From contig NW_021834837.1 of assembly GCF_006345805.1 (NCBI RefSeq), forward strand, positions 1-45,284: DNA of 45,284 nucleotides. The letters are read 5' to 3'. The translations under genes and the position numbers were made by a program. Every line of letters begins with the position of its first letter. Within the stretch, counting starts at the first letter, position 1. Shown here piece after piece: positions 11,100-24,003 of this stretch. The stretch is from Octopus sinensis. Taxonomy: Eukaryota. A model generated the notes under the pieces. It was not told where the DNA came from. It searched no databases and worked only from the letters and a program-made list of their open reading frames with translations.

Positions 11100-11500
11100 T
11101 TATTCCTTCCAGTATCAAGATGGAGCTCCCATATTTGGGCTTCAAAATCATACCAACCACCGAACTATACGCCACCGCATAGTACCACGGATTCCATCGT
11201 CTCCAATTAGAGTAAGCATTGTAACTTAGGTTTCAAAGGCCCACAACTTTTCGACACCCTACCAAACAACCTGAGGGACCTGCGAGATGTAGATCTGGAT
11301 GTTTTCAAAGAAAATTTGAACAAATTTTTGTCTGAGGTATCAAGTGAACTCCCATCGCGGAAGTAATCACAAAGAAGAATATCTCTGTCCCACTCGCAAC
11401 TTTCGGAGAGAAAACCGGGAAGTGAGTGGGAAATAAAACCAATCACACTAAAGGCGGCACCCCAGCATGACTCCAGCTCCTGACTGACACCAACAAAAGC
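11100..11500 (+). mobile_element. CR1/L2-group LINE, 3' end of ORF2 plus 3' UTR
   Basis: LGFKGPQLFDTLPNNLRDLRDVDLDVFKENLNKFLSEV matches the F..GP.LFN.LP..LR.....FK..LD.FL C-terminal motif; 3' tail resembles the SINE-B tail. Confidence 0.85.
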
Positions 11501-12289
11501 CAAAGCAAAAAGCTACTTTGAAATCAGCAGATTCCCTACCTTGACTATAAATTCACATTTGGTATCAGTATTTAGTGCTGCGCTATGCTAATAAAACTTT
11601 GAGTGAGAAATTTTAAAAGCTGGGATCCCGAAGCAAAGTAATGTGGTTTGCAAGTATGCATTTAGAATTATATTTTGCAAGCGGAAGAGTAAAGATATCC
11701 GAGACTTTTTCGCCGAAGTTAAACATGTAGCGCTTTCTTATGCTGTCGTCCAAAATCTAAGTATGGAACTTTGTCTCTTTCATAGGAACTGGCTACTTTC
11801 TGGTGAGAATGCAGATAATTGGGGGAAATAAAAAAGACCGAGGCATACGTAAAGACACAGACACCTCTACATACAAACATTCACAAAACATACCTATACA
11901 CATAAAGCTATAGTTGCTGGTAATAGAAATATATAAGAATATATTGGCAATGTTGTTGAATTCACAACACATTACCACGTGGCAACAAAACTTAATTAAA
12001 AAAAAAGGAAGAAAAAGAAAAACAGAATTTCTGTACACGTATCGTCATTTTCAGTTTAGTATGTTTTCCGTATTGTTGTTCTTGTTATTCTTGTTGTTGG
12101 AATGGTGGTGGTTTTAATTTCAGACACTAATTCCACAGTTTATATGTCGACTATTATTTTTTTCACGCCAAGCCCACCCAACATTCTGTGCTTATGTCTT
12201 GTCTGGTTCGTGTCTCCAATCATTAATATAATAAAACGTCATCAGCATATGTCTGTTCCCATGACATTAAAAATCTATATTAATAACGT

Positions 12290-12491
12290 ATACATGTATG
12301 TATGTATGTATGTATGTATGTATGTATGCATATATATGTATATATATATACATATAAACATATGTATACACATATATATACATATATATATATACATATA
12401 TATATATTTATATACATATATATACATATATATATATATTTATTTATATATATATATATATACATGCATATGTATAGATAGATAGATATAC

Positions 12492-12527
<36 letters not shown>

Positions 12528-12562
12528 TATATAGGTACATATATATATATATATATATGTAC

Positions 12563-12593
<31 letters not shown>

Positions 12594-12799
12594 TATATAT
12601 ATGTACGGGAGCGTGTATATATATATATATAATCTTGTATATATGTGTGTGTGTATGTATACAAATATATGTATATATATATATACATATATAAGTATAT
12701 ATGTCTCTGTATGTCTCTGTACAAATAGGTATAAAGACATATACGTATTTATATAAATGAGTGTATATATACGCACACATATGCATATAGACATATATA

Positions 12800-12836
<37 letters not shown>

Positions 12837-13109
12837 CCTATATACGTATATACATATCTCTGAATACGGTTTTAAACATACAAACGCACATACACACACA
12901 TAGACACACATAGACACACACATAGACACACACACATACACACAAATATACATATAAACACACGGAGAGGTACACGTATCTTCATATCTTTAATTAAATC
13001 ATTTAAATATAAAGATAAATTTGTGTGTGTGTGTGCGTGTCAATATAGGTAAATGCATATAGAATTAATGTCCAGGCACACACACACATGATTACATACG
13101 CACACCCAT

Positions 13110-13153
<44 letters not shown>

Positions 13154-13175
13154 GTATGCGTGTGTGTGTGTATAT
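12290..13175. repeat. Long compound (TATG)/(TA)/(CA)/(TG) microsatellite region
   Basis: Direct inspection. Confidence 0.95.
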
Positions 13176-13982
13176 TAGTTAGTGTGCGTCAGAGAGAAAA
13201 AGAAAGGGAGTAATAGTGGGTGTGTGTGCGTGCGAATTTGTAGCCTGACAACACATATATGAGACAATGAAAGCAAGTCGTCGTAGTATAGCACGGTCGA
13301 AAACACATGACCTGAGGAGGTCAGAATGAAAGGAAAGAAAAGCAATATGGTTTCTCCCAAAGCAAGTAGAAATTTTAATTAGGGCCATAGTGTTTGTCTG
13401 TAATTATTTAACATCAAATGGTGATAAAATTAATTCTTTACAGGCGTCCACTTTCAGTAAGCCAAATAAACAAACAACTTATTTGTTAATATCTAATATA
13501 TAGTGGGTATAATTTATGATTAGTAATGATAATATATACACACACACATCCATACACACACATACACACATATACACACATATACACACACACACACATG
13601 CTCATACATACACACAGATCTGACTGTATCTCTATTGATTTTCCATAGGATTTAGAGCCAGCACTGAAAGTTACGACGTTACGTAGACGAATACGTCTAT
13701 GTAAACAATACAGTCGAAGTTAGAAAAAAATTCGTAATGGGTGTAGATGCATATTTCAGGAATTATTACTCCTTCTTCAGTATCCCAGAGCCAACCCATT
13801 AACTATTCAGGAATACATTGCTTAAATAGCCACTATGTTTAGCAGTGTAACATAATTGGACAGACCAATTTTACATATTAAACATATTTTTGGTAACTAG
13901 GTCGCATATATTAATTTGTGGCAAAGACACCGTCGTTCTTCGACCATAATATTATGGCTGCAAAACAAAATGCAATGTCCGT

Positions 13983-14136
13983 ACCAGCAGTGTAGCTGTG
14001 TGATAACAAGTTTGTTTCCCAACCACATAGTTGGTTTTACTCCTAATCCGTGGTACCTTGGGTAAGTGTCATCCACTATAGCCTCAGGCCGACAAAAGCC
14101 TTCTAAGTGAATTTAGTAGACGGAAAGAAGCCCGTC

Positions 14137-14188
<52 letters not shown>

Positions 14189-14200
14189 TGTATGTATGTA

Positions 14201-14249
<49 letters not shown>

Positions 14250-14350
14250 TGTGTGGTGTGTGTGTGTGTCTTAGTGCCTGTGTTTGTACTCCAACACCGC
14301 TTGACTAAACTTTTTGAAGTCAGAACCCCAGCATAACCACAGTCTAACGG
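13983..14350 (+). mobile_element. SINE-B, diverged and 3'-truncated, expanded internal microsatellite
   Basis: CCTTGGGTAAGTGTC..CTATAGCCTCAGGCCGAC..GTAGACGG..GAAGCCCGTCG(TA)n(TG)n..CAACACCGCTTGAC. Confidence 0.8.
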
Positions 14351-14365
14351 GTGAAAGAAAAAAAA

Positions 14366-14404
<39 letters not shown>

Positions 14405-14416
14405 GCACATACACAC

Positions 14417-15265
14417 TGTGTAGTGAATAAGCTGTTGTCTAAATTTAGTAAAAATGAAAATAACACTGACATATATTTTAACATATATTTACCAAAATTA
14501 CATAAAACTATCTTGAAATATTAAAGAATAAATTTATTCAATAAAATTGCCATTGGCTTCAACGCAGCCTCCAGATGACTTCGGAATCTCCTGCAACTCT
14601 TCTGGACGGATTCCTTGTTTAAGTTGGTAATTGCTGCCATAATCTTTATCTTCAGTTCGTATTTCGTTTTACAAGGAGTTTTGTTGGTCTCTCGCTCAAC
14701 CGCGCCCCACACATAATAATCAAGGGGTTGCAGCCTGATGAGTTAGATGGTGAGATGTTTGGGGTTGTTGTGGTCTCAGAAATTGTCTAACAGCTATGAC
14801 TGGGTTCCCCTGTTTCTGTGGCATGGTGTAGAGTCCTCTTGCTAGCCACAGGATCTCCTAGCAGCCACGCTCTTGATCCAGAGTAGCACTACCACCTCCA
14901 GGCACTTGATGTAGGCTTCCGTTTTGAGTCCGAGGCCGTGTGGGAAGATGAACGGAGGCATAACGTGGCCATCACTAGTTATCACTCCAAACATCATGAT
15001 GTTGACTAGATGTTTGATTTTTATCACTCTCAGTATATGTTCCTATGTGTATATGTTCATATTGGAGCTTCTGGCGCGAATGCCAAGCAGTACAGCATGT
15101 CGTTTCCAAATTTCTGGCAGAGTGAATTGCGCCAGGGTGCTGTTTTTCTCACAGACGGTGACCAACTGACCGCACTATACTGTGTAGTCGACAAAATCAA
15201 AAACAAACAATGCGCATGCACGAAATTTTAAAATATAAAACGGCGTCAATTTGCCCATCGCACTC
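14417..15265 (-). mobile_element. maT / DD37D-type Tc1-mariner element, internally deleted
   Basis: KIKHLVNIMMFGVITSDGHVMPPFIFPHGLGLKTEAYIKCLEVVVLLWIKSVAA...*QEDSTP...CNPLDYYVWGAVERETNKTPC...CRRFRSHLEA; N-terminal half missing; termini only loosely resolved. Confidence 0.88.
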
Positions 15266-15284
15266 TCTCACTCTCTTTTTCTGT

Positions 15285-15578
15285 GTGTGTATATATAATA
15301 TATATATATATATATAATATAGATATATTATATATATACATATATATGATATAGATATATTATATATATACATATATATTATATACATACAAACATATAT
15401 ATATATTATATACATGAATACACACACATATATACATGCATACATATACATATATTATATACATGCATAAATGTACATATATTATATACATGCATACTTG
15501 TATATATATATATGTATATGTATATATATATACATATATATGTGTGCGGGTGTGTATGAGTGTGTGTAAGTATGTATT

Positions 15579-15609
<31 letters not shown>

Positions 15610-15617
15610 ATAATATA
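15285..15617. repeat. Compound (TA)/(TACA)/(TATG) microsatellite
   Basis: Direct inspection. Confidence 0.95.
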
Positions 15618-15955
15618 TATGGACGCGTATTATATAACTCAGTATGACCGGACTTACCGTAATCCAAATGTTTTTTATTCTTCGCCGATCATCTTTGATA
15701 TTATCTAAACATGTCATTGAATTTTGTGACCATTTAATCATGTAAACATGTTTTCTATTTCGCAATTTTAAATTGCTAATATCCCATTGTTTTATATACG
15801 CATTTATACCACTGAATAACAAAAAATGTTGAAACTAATTTAGTATGTATGTAAATAAATTTATTTTTGAAATAATTTCAAATTCAGGTGCATTTTCAAA
15901 AACAAACTCTACTATATTTTTCCTTCGTGGAAATACACCCTTTCTTTCCACATAT
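15618..15955 (+). repeat. Unclassified ~330-bp AT-rich repeat U, copy 1
   Basis: ATGGAC.CGTATT.TATAACTCAGTATGACC...GTGGAAATA.ACCC aligns with 18620-18945 and partly with 20030-20260. Confidence 0.85.
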
Positions 15956-18245
15956 GTCTACCATGCAAGGAACTAAAATGCCATCCAAACACATGCAACA
16001 GGATAACATGGCACTCAACAAAATCCTGTGTGAACTCCAAGTCATCAACTCAAAACTCACTCTCCTAACAAACTCGATAAAACATTACGACTGGAAACAA
16101 ATATACCGGAAAATAAAGATCCCTACAGAAAGAAATTAGTGAAACCCTTGACAAGATCTGTAAATTTTTTGAAACCTCATTAATACATAAATCTGTAAAT
16201 AACCCAAATCCTAAAACGGAAAAAGTAACTTCAACTGTCAACAGCCTTCCGATATCAAGAAATCTCTACTTTAAGCATGGGCCAAAAATTGTAAAAGCCA
16301 TAAATTCGTAGAACTTCAGTAAAGCAGATATACGAGAGATGGCTCAACTCAACTTCCTATATCATCCGCCAGAAAGCTGCAAATTAAAGCCATCTCCAAT
16401 GAACCAGTAAAACAGAGAGAACTTAGGAAAAAATGGTTCTGGAGAACTTCAAAATGGAGATAGAACTCCGGAAACTCAGAGCTTAATCCCACCAAGAAAA
16501 GATTAATTCATTTGATGAAGAGATGGAGTCTGGAATTGCGAAAAAAGCTGGAGAACATTTTGACAACGCCATCCTACTCAGGAAACAGAATTGTGAGAAC
16601 GAAGAAGTCATTTCACTTCGGAGATGGGAAAAAGCAACGATTGGTTCAATCACTATGAGTTAAAACTCAAGGAGGAATACCAATCTGATAGCACTTTCTT
16701 GGAAAAAAATTTAATTACGAAATTTTAATTATGAAACCCGCACAACCAGAGGAAAGTCACTACCGCAAAAATACCTGAATGCCCAACTAGAACAAAGAAT
16801 AACCAATTCGCTCTCCAGAGCACCTTCGAATAACTGACCAAATATTCATCATAGACACAAAATAGGAAATTCCAATTCGCCCTTCACCGCAAGACAAAAC
16901 ACACCCACTCAAAGATACACAAAACACTCTAACTCCAGGAACTCTCCATGTCCTAGACGTAATTTCTTCGTGAATGACTTTTTCGAGCAGGACAATAGGA
17001 GAAATAGGAACTACCCACGTCGAGAACATCCCACGCAATGAAGACTTCGAACAGGACCAAAGAAAAAATAGGAACTCCTCGCGCTCGAGACTTACCTTCC
17101 ACAATGACCACCTCGTCCAAAGCCACAATAGATCAAGTTTTAATGGAATGACAATCAACAAGAGTACTAATTCGATACATCAAAAATCAAGGAAGCATTT
17201 TTCAGGCAAACTGGGCCAAAACCGGTACACTCCAGAAGTGAGATCCCGAAGATTATAAATCTCCCACGTAAACTTTTTCAAACCAATAAATCAAAATTCT
17301 CGCAAAAAGACTGACGCTCACCCCAACACCTAAAAAATCATACCTAAATGAGATACAAAATGATATCCAGGAATTCTGTTGAAAACTCCGTGTCACCGAA
17401 GAGCTATTTGATAAAGAAACTCAATTCTTCATAATAAAACTAACTACTGTCCGACAAAAGGAAGAAACCAAACTCTGGATAAATTCTGTGATTTGGGATC
17501 CAATTATCCCTATAATTTATTCCTATCTCGAAAATTTAAACAAATACAGTTCGAGAAGAATGGGAAATCATTAATGATCTCAAGGAGGATCATGATATAA
17601 TTATAAAAGAAGCCGATAAAGTGGGTGCTGTAGTAATCATGGACTCAGAAAAATACATAAACACTACCCTAATCCTCATTCAAGACAATGCCTACTACGA
17701 AAAACTCAACAACTACAGTCAGTCCAAGATAATAGCAAAACTTACAACCCTTTTTCATCAGTTCCGACAAGATTTAACAGAAAGGTAGAGAGATTACTTA
17801 ACTAGATTTGACTGCAAAACCGGCAACTTTTATGGATTTCCTAAAATCCACAAAAGTTAAGCCATAAACGAAGCCTGTAACAAATCAACTTCTTTAGTCG
17901 TAAATATTCCACATCCGAGAGATCTCAAAACAAGACCAATTGTGGCCGGTTCCCCGTGTGAGATACACAGACTTAGTAACATTATGGATATTCTCCTAAA
18001 ACCTACAACATATACCGAATTTTATAAGGGATGATCTAGACGTTTTAAACCAGCGTCGAACAAAACCGCAATGACGCCCTTCTGGTTTCATTCAACGTAA
18101 TAATTCGATTCCTCACGAATACTTAATAGAAGACATACAATTCTGGCTAGAAAAAATCCCTAAATGACATTCCTGCCCGACTCGGAAAACAACTCATCAT
18201 TGAAGAAATAAAATTAATCCAACAGAACACCTTCTTTACTTTTGC
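15955..18245 (+). mobile_element. Penelope-like retroelement, disrupted ORF with RT domain (3'-truncated)
   Basis: From ~17255: LTLTPTPK...DIQEFC*KLR; DIIIKEADKVGAVVIMD; FYGFPKIHK; KTRPIVAG...RLSNIMDILLKP; FIRDDLD, all Penelope RT motifs; assignment of 15955-17250 as N-terminal region is weaker. Confidence 0.85.
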
Positions 18246-18249
18246 TAAA

Positions 18250-18621
18250 CTTGTTCTGACACACTTGGGTGGGTGGGTGGGGTCTGTGTCTGTGTGTAAA
18301 TATTTAAACCAAATTTTCTCAAAACAACATGTCCGACCGTCCCATAGGCCTTCCCTTTGGAACACATTGATTTAACCTAAATTTGAGACACCAGCAAAAG
18401 AAGAAATAAAGATAGACTTTTTTTCTATTCAAAGAAAAATGATTTTATTCATTTTATCGATCGCATTCTCACATGGAATCGATTTTTGTAATTTTTTAAG
18501 ACTTAAACAAGCTCTCATACCGTCGATATCTACATATCAAATTTGAGCGCAATCGGATGGAGGACGCCCGAGCTCCTAGAAGACAACACACACACACAGA
18601 ACGAATTTTATATAATAGATA
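18250..18621 (+). mobile_element. Probable non-autonomous Helitron/HINE-like fragment
   Basis: Ends CAAATTTGAGCGCAATCGG...GACAAC(AC)n AGAACGAATTTTATATAATAGAT, reminiscent of rolling-circle non-autonomous 3' ends; pattern recall only. Confidence 0.4.
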
Positions 18622-18938
18622 TGGACACGTATTCTATAACTCAGTATGACCGAACTTTTTCGCCGATTATTTTTGATATTATCTCTCTCTATCATCGAAT
18701 TTTGTGAACATTTAATCATTTAAATGTGCTTTCTACTTTGTAATTTTAAATTGTTAAGATCCCATTGTTTTGTATACGTTTATAACATTGATAAACAAAA
18801 AATTGTTCAAAACTAGTTTGGTATGTGTGTAAATAAATTTATTAAAAGAAAACTATTACAAGTTTTTTTCAAATTCAAATGCATTTTCAAAGACAAATTC
18901 TGCTATATTTTTCCTGCGTGGAAATATACCCCTTCTTC

Positions 18939-18945
<7 letters not shown>
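18620..18945 (+). repeat. Unclassified repeat U, copy 2
   Basis: Aligns end-to-end with 15618-15955 with many substitutions and indels. Confidence 0.85.
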
Positions 18946-18972
<27 letters not shown>

Positions 18973-19311
18973 CTAAGTTGTGTATTCGTAATTTAGAACC
19001 GACACGAAAGGATTACAGTCATCACTAAAGTGACAGAGGATGTTAGGAAGCACCAGCACTGCTAAAAATAAAAGTCAAAACAACTCTTAGCCACGTGAGT
19101 GCACTTTTCTAACGTCTGACAAGGGAGACAGACTCCCTCCTTCCGACAAGCGAAAAGTATAAAGAAAAAGTAAGGGAAAGAGAGAGAGTGAGAGGTCAAA
19201 TGAGAAGATGACAAAACGAAAGACAGGTGCATGAATGTGACAGATATAATATTATCGAGAAATCATTTAAAACGGATACTATAGAATCTTACATTATCTA
19301 ATATATTTTTT

Positions 19312-19520
19312 TCTACACCTAGCACAAGCCCCGAAATTTTGGAGGAGGGGGCCAGTCGATTAAATCGACCCCAGTACGCAACTGGTACTTTATGTATCGA
19401 CCCCGAAAAGATGAAAGACTTAGTCGACCTCGGCGGAATTTGAACTCAGAACGTATAGACAGACGAAATACCGCTAAGCATTTCGCCCGGCGTGCTAACG
19501 TTTCTGCCAGCTCGCTGCTT
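19312..19520 (-). mobile_element. SINE-A monomer with terminal-type tail
   Basis: Head CTGCCAGCTCGC at right; core ATCGACCCCAGTACGCAACTGGTAC; tail GCACAAG.CCCGAAATTTTGG. Confidence 0.9.
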
Positions 19521-19642
19521 TCACATATCTAATATATTACATTGAAAATCTCTGTTCAATATAGGATGTGTAAGGCAGTGATCCCTAAGCACTGGCCGTG
19601 GATCACTTGGTACTGGGCTCCTCAAAGAGAACAAAGTTTAAG

Positions 19643-20022
19643 GCGTGGCAGAATGGTAAGAAGTTTGCTTTCGAACCACATAGTTCTGGTTTCAGTCCTA
19701 CTTCGTGGCACGTTGGACTAGTGTCTTCTAATATAAACTCGGGTCGACTAAGACCTTGTGAATGAATGTGGTAGACAGAGACTGAAAGAAGATCCTTGTA
19801 TGTGTGCGTGTCTGTGTGTGTTTACGTGAGTTTATGTGTGCGTGCGTGAGTATCTTTGAAAACCAGTTTTGGTTTGTTTATGACCACGTAACTTAACGGT
19901 TCGGTAAAAGAGATGGATAGAATAAATACCAGGCTTAAAAAAATGTACAACAGATGATTTGACAATCAAGCTGGTATCCTAGCATGGCCACAGTTTAATG
20001 ACTGATACAAGTAAAAGATTAA
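19643..20022 (+). mobile_element. SINE-B, diverged full-length copy
   Basis: Head, (TG)-rich middle, TAACTTAACGGTTCGGTAAAAGAG..GATAGAATAA and CCTAGCATGGCCACAG..TGACTGATACAAGTAAAAG tail. Confidence 0.85.
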
Positions 20023-20029
20023 AGATAGG

Positions 20030-20260
20030 ATTTTATTGAAACTTTTAAATATTGAAACTTTTCAACATGTTTTTCTAATTCATAATTAAAAAATTTTACC
20101 ATTGATAATCAAAAAAAATATTGCTGAAACTAGTTTGGTATATACGTAAATAAATTTATTTAAAAACAATTAAAGGTTTTTCAAATTTAGGTGCATTTTC
20201 CACAATAAATTTTCCTATATTTTTCCATGTGTGGAAATACACCTTTTTTGTCATATATTC
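20030..20260 (+). repeat. Unclassified repeat U, copy 3 (3' part)
   Basis: GAAACTAGTTTGGTATA..GTAAATAAATTTATT...TTCAAATT.AGGTGCATTTTC...GTGGAAATACACC shared with copies 1 and 2. Confidence 0.75.
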
Positions 20261-20603
20261 AAATATAATGATTCGCTTTTGTGGTTTTCGCTACAAATAA
20301 TCAAAGCACTGAGGAGCTGAAACCAAGCGAAACATCATGTCTGCTACTCCTTTGATATTACTTGGGAACTCAGCTCAATTCGCATTTACACTCGACGTCT
20401 ATAAAGAGAATTTTTTTTTTCTTGCGAGACAAAACCCTAAATTAAATACCTGCTGCTTTTCTACTACGCGAGCACTAGTAAAAGTAAACACATCTTTAAT
20501 TTCATCCGCGCTGCTTCTTTCACTTATACTAAACAATTTTTAATTTAGCAAGCCTGAAGGCACAATCATGTACATTGTTTACTCTTCGTTTCCTCGTTTA
20601 TAG

Positions 20604-20633
20604 GAAAACAAATTCCAGCTTAGATCCAAATGA
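20604..20633 (+). other. Candidate 30-nt micro-exon of an unidentified host transcript
   Basis: Polypyrimidine acceptor TTGTTTACTCTTCGTTTCCTCGTTTATAG| and donor A|GTAAGG in non-repeat sequence; no homology support. Confidence 0.2.
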
Positions 20634-20691
20634 GTAAGGTGGTATATACGACTGAACAGGCAAAATCACACCTAACTGTTAACGGGATTTT

Positions 20692-20912
20692 TTTTTGCCG
20701 AACCGCCATATTACGGTGTTGGTGGTGAACAAAGATGAACAGAGACATGTACATATGTATGTATGTATGTATGTATGTATCCACTCAAGGTTTTGGTCGA
20801 CCCTGATCTATGATAGAGGACATTTCTCAAGGTACAGTGAGGTTGGACCGAAGGCCGAATGTTTGGGAAGCAAGCTTTTTAAGAAAAAAGCCACGTCTGT
20901 GCCTGTGATAAA
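20692..20912 (-). mobile_element. SINE-B, diverged partial copy
   Basis: TTTGCCGAACCG...CCACTCAAGGTTTTGGTCGACCC..CTAT..TAGAGGACATTT.TCAAGGT is the reverse complement of SINE-B segments. Confidence 0.7.
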
Positions 20913-21729
20913 TGATATACTTACAACACCTAGGCTTCCCAAAGCGGTCACCCATATAAATACTAATTAGGCTCTACGTTGTTGAGCTTTTGGTCCTCGA
21001 ACGTGGACCAACGGTGCTTTTAAGAGAATATGGCCGTAAACACTTTGTTAGTCTTCTATTGCCCAGCATTAGCTAGATAGATTCACACGTCACAACAATG
21101 ACATCACATCGTTCAAATTATTCATTGTTAACAACTCAGGGTCATTGTGGGTTCAGAAAGATTTAATTGGGTCAAACATCGGCTAATTTAATCGATAGTA
21201 CAAACAACAACACGGCGCCCATTCACCGGTTGAGTGAAAACTATCTTTTTACAAGTTTTATCTACAATGACGATATATGTATTCAGGAATTTTATTATAC
21301 AATTAACTGAAAGATATAAATACACCATAATCTGATCTTTGGTACCCTCTAATTCATTGAAATAGCAAAAATAACTTTAAATACGTTTGACTTTTGACAT
21401 CATTTGTTTATTAACACAAAATTGTGACTACTGTTCTTTTAACTCATCATGAAACCTGAAGCTTCTAAAATCACCTTATTTAGATCAAATCAAATAAACG
21501 TTCAATTTTATGCTACATTTCGCACGTTTTTTTGTTGTTTTTGCTGGTGGTATTTGTTTCTCTTTTTTTTTTGCTCGAAATCGGCAAAAGAAAAAAAAAT
21601 ATACGATGAAGAGAAATTGCCTTAACTCAGATAGGAAATTAAGTGGTCAATTTTATATAGATTTCGTGCTAAACGGTAGAGTTTAGTAAACGAAATACAA
21701 TTAAGTGAATTATGCAATTAATCGGTATG

Positions 21730-21738
21730 CATACTTAT

Positions 21739-21786
<48 letters not shown>

Positions 21787-21898
21787 GTAATATAAATATA
21801 TATATATATAGACATATATATAATACATATGTATATAATATATACCATATAATACATATGTATATATATATATATATATTTATATATACATATGTATG

Positions 21899-21941
<43 letters not shown>

Positions 21942-22718
21942 TATATACATGTATATATACATATATATATATGCATGTAAGTATGTGTATATATACATAC
22001 ATGTGTATATATTCATACATAGAAGCATTCATTTATATATAGGTATATCAGAGTGTGTATATGCATTAATAGGTGGAATGATATTTGCGTTATTAAATGT
22101 TCCACAGACGCACAAATATCAGCTCGTTTGATCGCTTCGGTGTGATGAAGCGTTCAGACGATGAGATGCTTTTTTTTTTGCCTCTGTGAAAACTTTAGTG
22201 ATGTAATTTGTGTGAAACTGTTAATACAAGTATTTAACCTCTACGATAAGTGTTGAATGCTTTTTTCCCCCCCTCCCGCATCACTTTTGGTTGTGTACCT
22301 ATCAGTATGTTTGTATATGTTTGCATGAGTACGTGTATGTGGCTATGTATATATATATATGTATGTGCGTCTATGCGTGCGTGAGTAGGCATATATATAT
22401 ATATATATATACTTATATATATGTATATTATATATATATATGTTTCTATATATATATATATATATATATACACATGTGTATATATAATTATTTATATTAT
22501 ATATATACACACATACACATACACACACACATATACATATATATATATTATATTCATATACATAAACGGCGGTGCATCAGCATGGCCGCAGCTCTGAGCT
22601 GAAACAAGAAAAAAAGTACACATATACATATATATTATATAAAAATATACATGCATGTATATATACACACACATATATATATATCCATACACTTATATAT
22701 CTATACTCACATATATAT
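21730..22718. repeat. Two (TA)/(TACA)/(CA) microsatellite tracts with short unique spacers and an isolated SINE-B/CR1-type tail at ~22563-22615
   Basis: Direct inspection. Confidence 0.9.
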
Positions 22719-22948
22719 TTATTTATTGCCCACAAGGGGCTAAACATATGGGGACAAACAAGGACAGACAAACGGATTAAGTCGATTACATCGACCCCAG
22801 TGCGTAAATGGTACTTAATTTATCGACCCCGAAAGGATGAAAGGCAAAGTTGACCTCGGCGGAATTTGAACTCACAACATAACGGCAGACGAAATACAGC
22901 TACGCATTTCGCCCGGCGTGCTAACGTTTCTGCTAGCTCGCCGCCTTA
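22719..22948 (-). mobile_element. SINE-A monomer with linker-type tail
   Basis: TTATTGCCCACAAGGGGCTAAAC...GACAAACGGATTAAGTCGATTACATCG...CTCGCCGCC. Confidence 0.92.
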
Positions 22949-22990
22949 CACTCACATATATCTATATATATTATACACACACGCGCGTGC

Positions 22991-23044
<54 letters not shown>

Positions 23045-23390
23045 TTACATATACCGGAGTAAGCACATAAATGTGAAACAAGGTGGAAAAAAGAGTACTC
23101 AAATACCAGAGGTAGAAAAATATACTTTAGAAGTATATAACAAAATATAACAAAAGCTGTTACTCAGAGTTTCACGTTCCTATTCGTCGGACAGTTTTGT
23201 TAAAATAGAACAGAAATAACGATATGATCAAAAGTAGTTTACAGGATACACCTTTAAAAATGGATTTGTTTCATTGATCCTTTCAATTAACGGTCTTAAG
23301 CATGCAATGAACAAAATAAACAAAACAAATGAATTCAATATAAATTCATAAGAAATTCGAAGAAAAACCTTAAATCGATAGTGTAAAGGG
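23045..23390 (-). mobile_element. Penelope-like element 3' tail (second subfamily)
   Basis: Contains a well-formed hammerhead motif on the minus strand and terminates in (TA)n; boundaries approximate. Confidence 0.55.
23157..23194 (-). ncRNA. Minimal type I hammerhead ribozyme motif
   Basis: Minus strand CTGT-CCGACGA-ATAGGAACGT-GAA-ACTC t GAGT-A-ACAG: stem I CTGT/ACAG, CUGANGA-like core (U4C), GAAA, palindromic stem III, GUA cleavage triplet; stem II imperfect. Confidence 0.65.
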
Positions 23391-23397
23391 AAAGTAG

Positions 23398-23454
23398 AGG
23401 AAGGAAGGAAGGAAGGAAGGAAGGAAGGATGGATGGGTGGATGGATATTGGATG

Positions 23455-23545
<91 letters not shown>

Positions 23546-23546
23546 G
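23398..23546. repeat. (GGAA)n-(GGAT)n-(GATA)n tetranucleotide array
   Basis: Direct inspection. Confidence 0.97.
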
Positions 23547-23812
23547 AAACTACAGATATATCAACAAATAAGTAGGCAGAGAGATATATTAATTGATATA
23601 CTAATAGATAGACAGCTGAACTGAAATGAAATATGATATATAAAAATGCAGTCTGATTAAATGGCAGGATTTGAAGAGTTTTTTTTAAATTCTCTGCCTA
23701 TATATTAACATAATATTTTCAAATATATTGAGTAACACCATGGAATTTCGGTCCCTCTAAATACTATTATTTCCATTTACTAATCTTTACTGCCTGACTC
23801 AAAATACCAAAA

Positions 23813-23971
23813 TAGGCGTGGCTGTGTGGTAAGACGCTTACTTCCAAACCACGGGGTTCCAGGTTCAGCCCCACTGCGTAACACCTAGGGCAAGTATCTT
23901 CTACTATAGCCTCGGGCCGACCAAAGCTTTGTGAGTTGATTTGGTAGACGGAAACTAAAAGAAGCCCGTAG

Positions 23972-24003
<32 letters not shown>

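Noticed and set aside
15618-18945. Repeat U copies as LTRs or pseudo-LTRs of the enclosed Penelope element
   Set aside because: The element is truncated within RT, the copies are quite diverged, a third copy exists, and no hammerhead motif is present
20590-20660. Minus-strand LRR-like peptide LTHLDLSWNLF with adjacent putative 51-54-nt introns
   Set aside because: Single motif expected occasionally by chance in Leu/Asn-rich AT-biased translations; introns unusually short; stronger splice signals lie on the opposite strand
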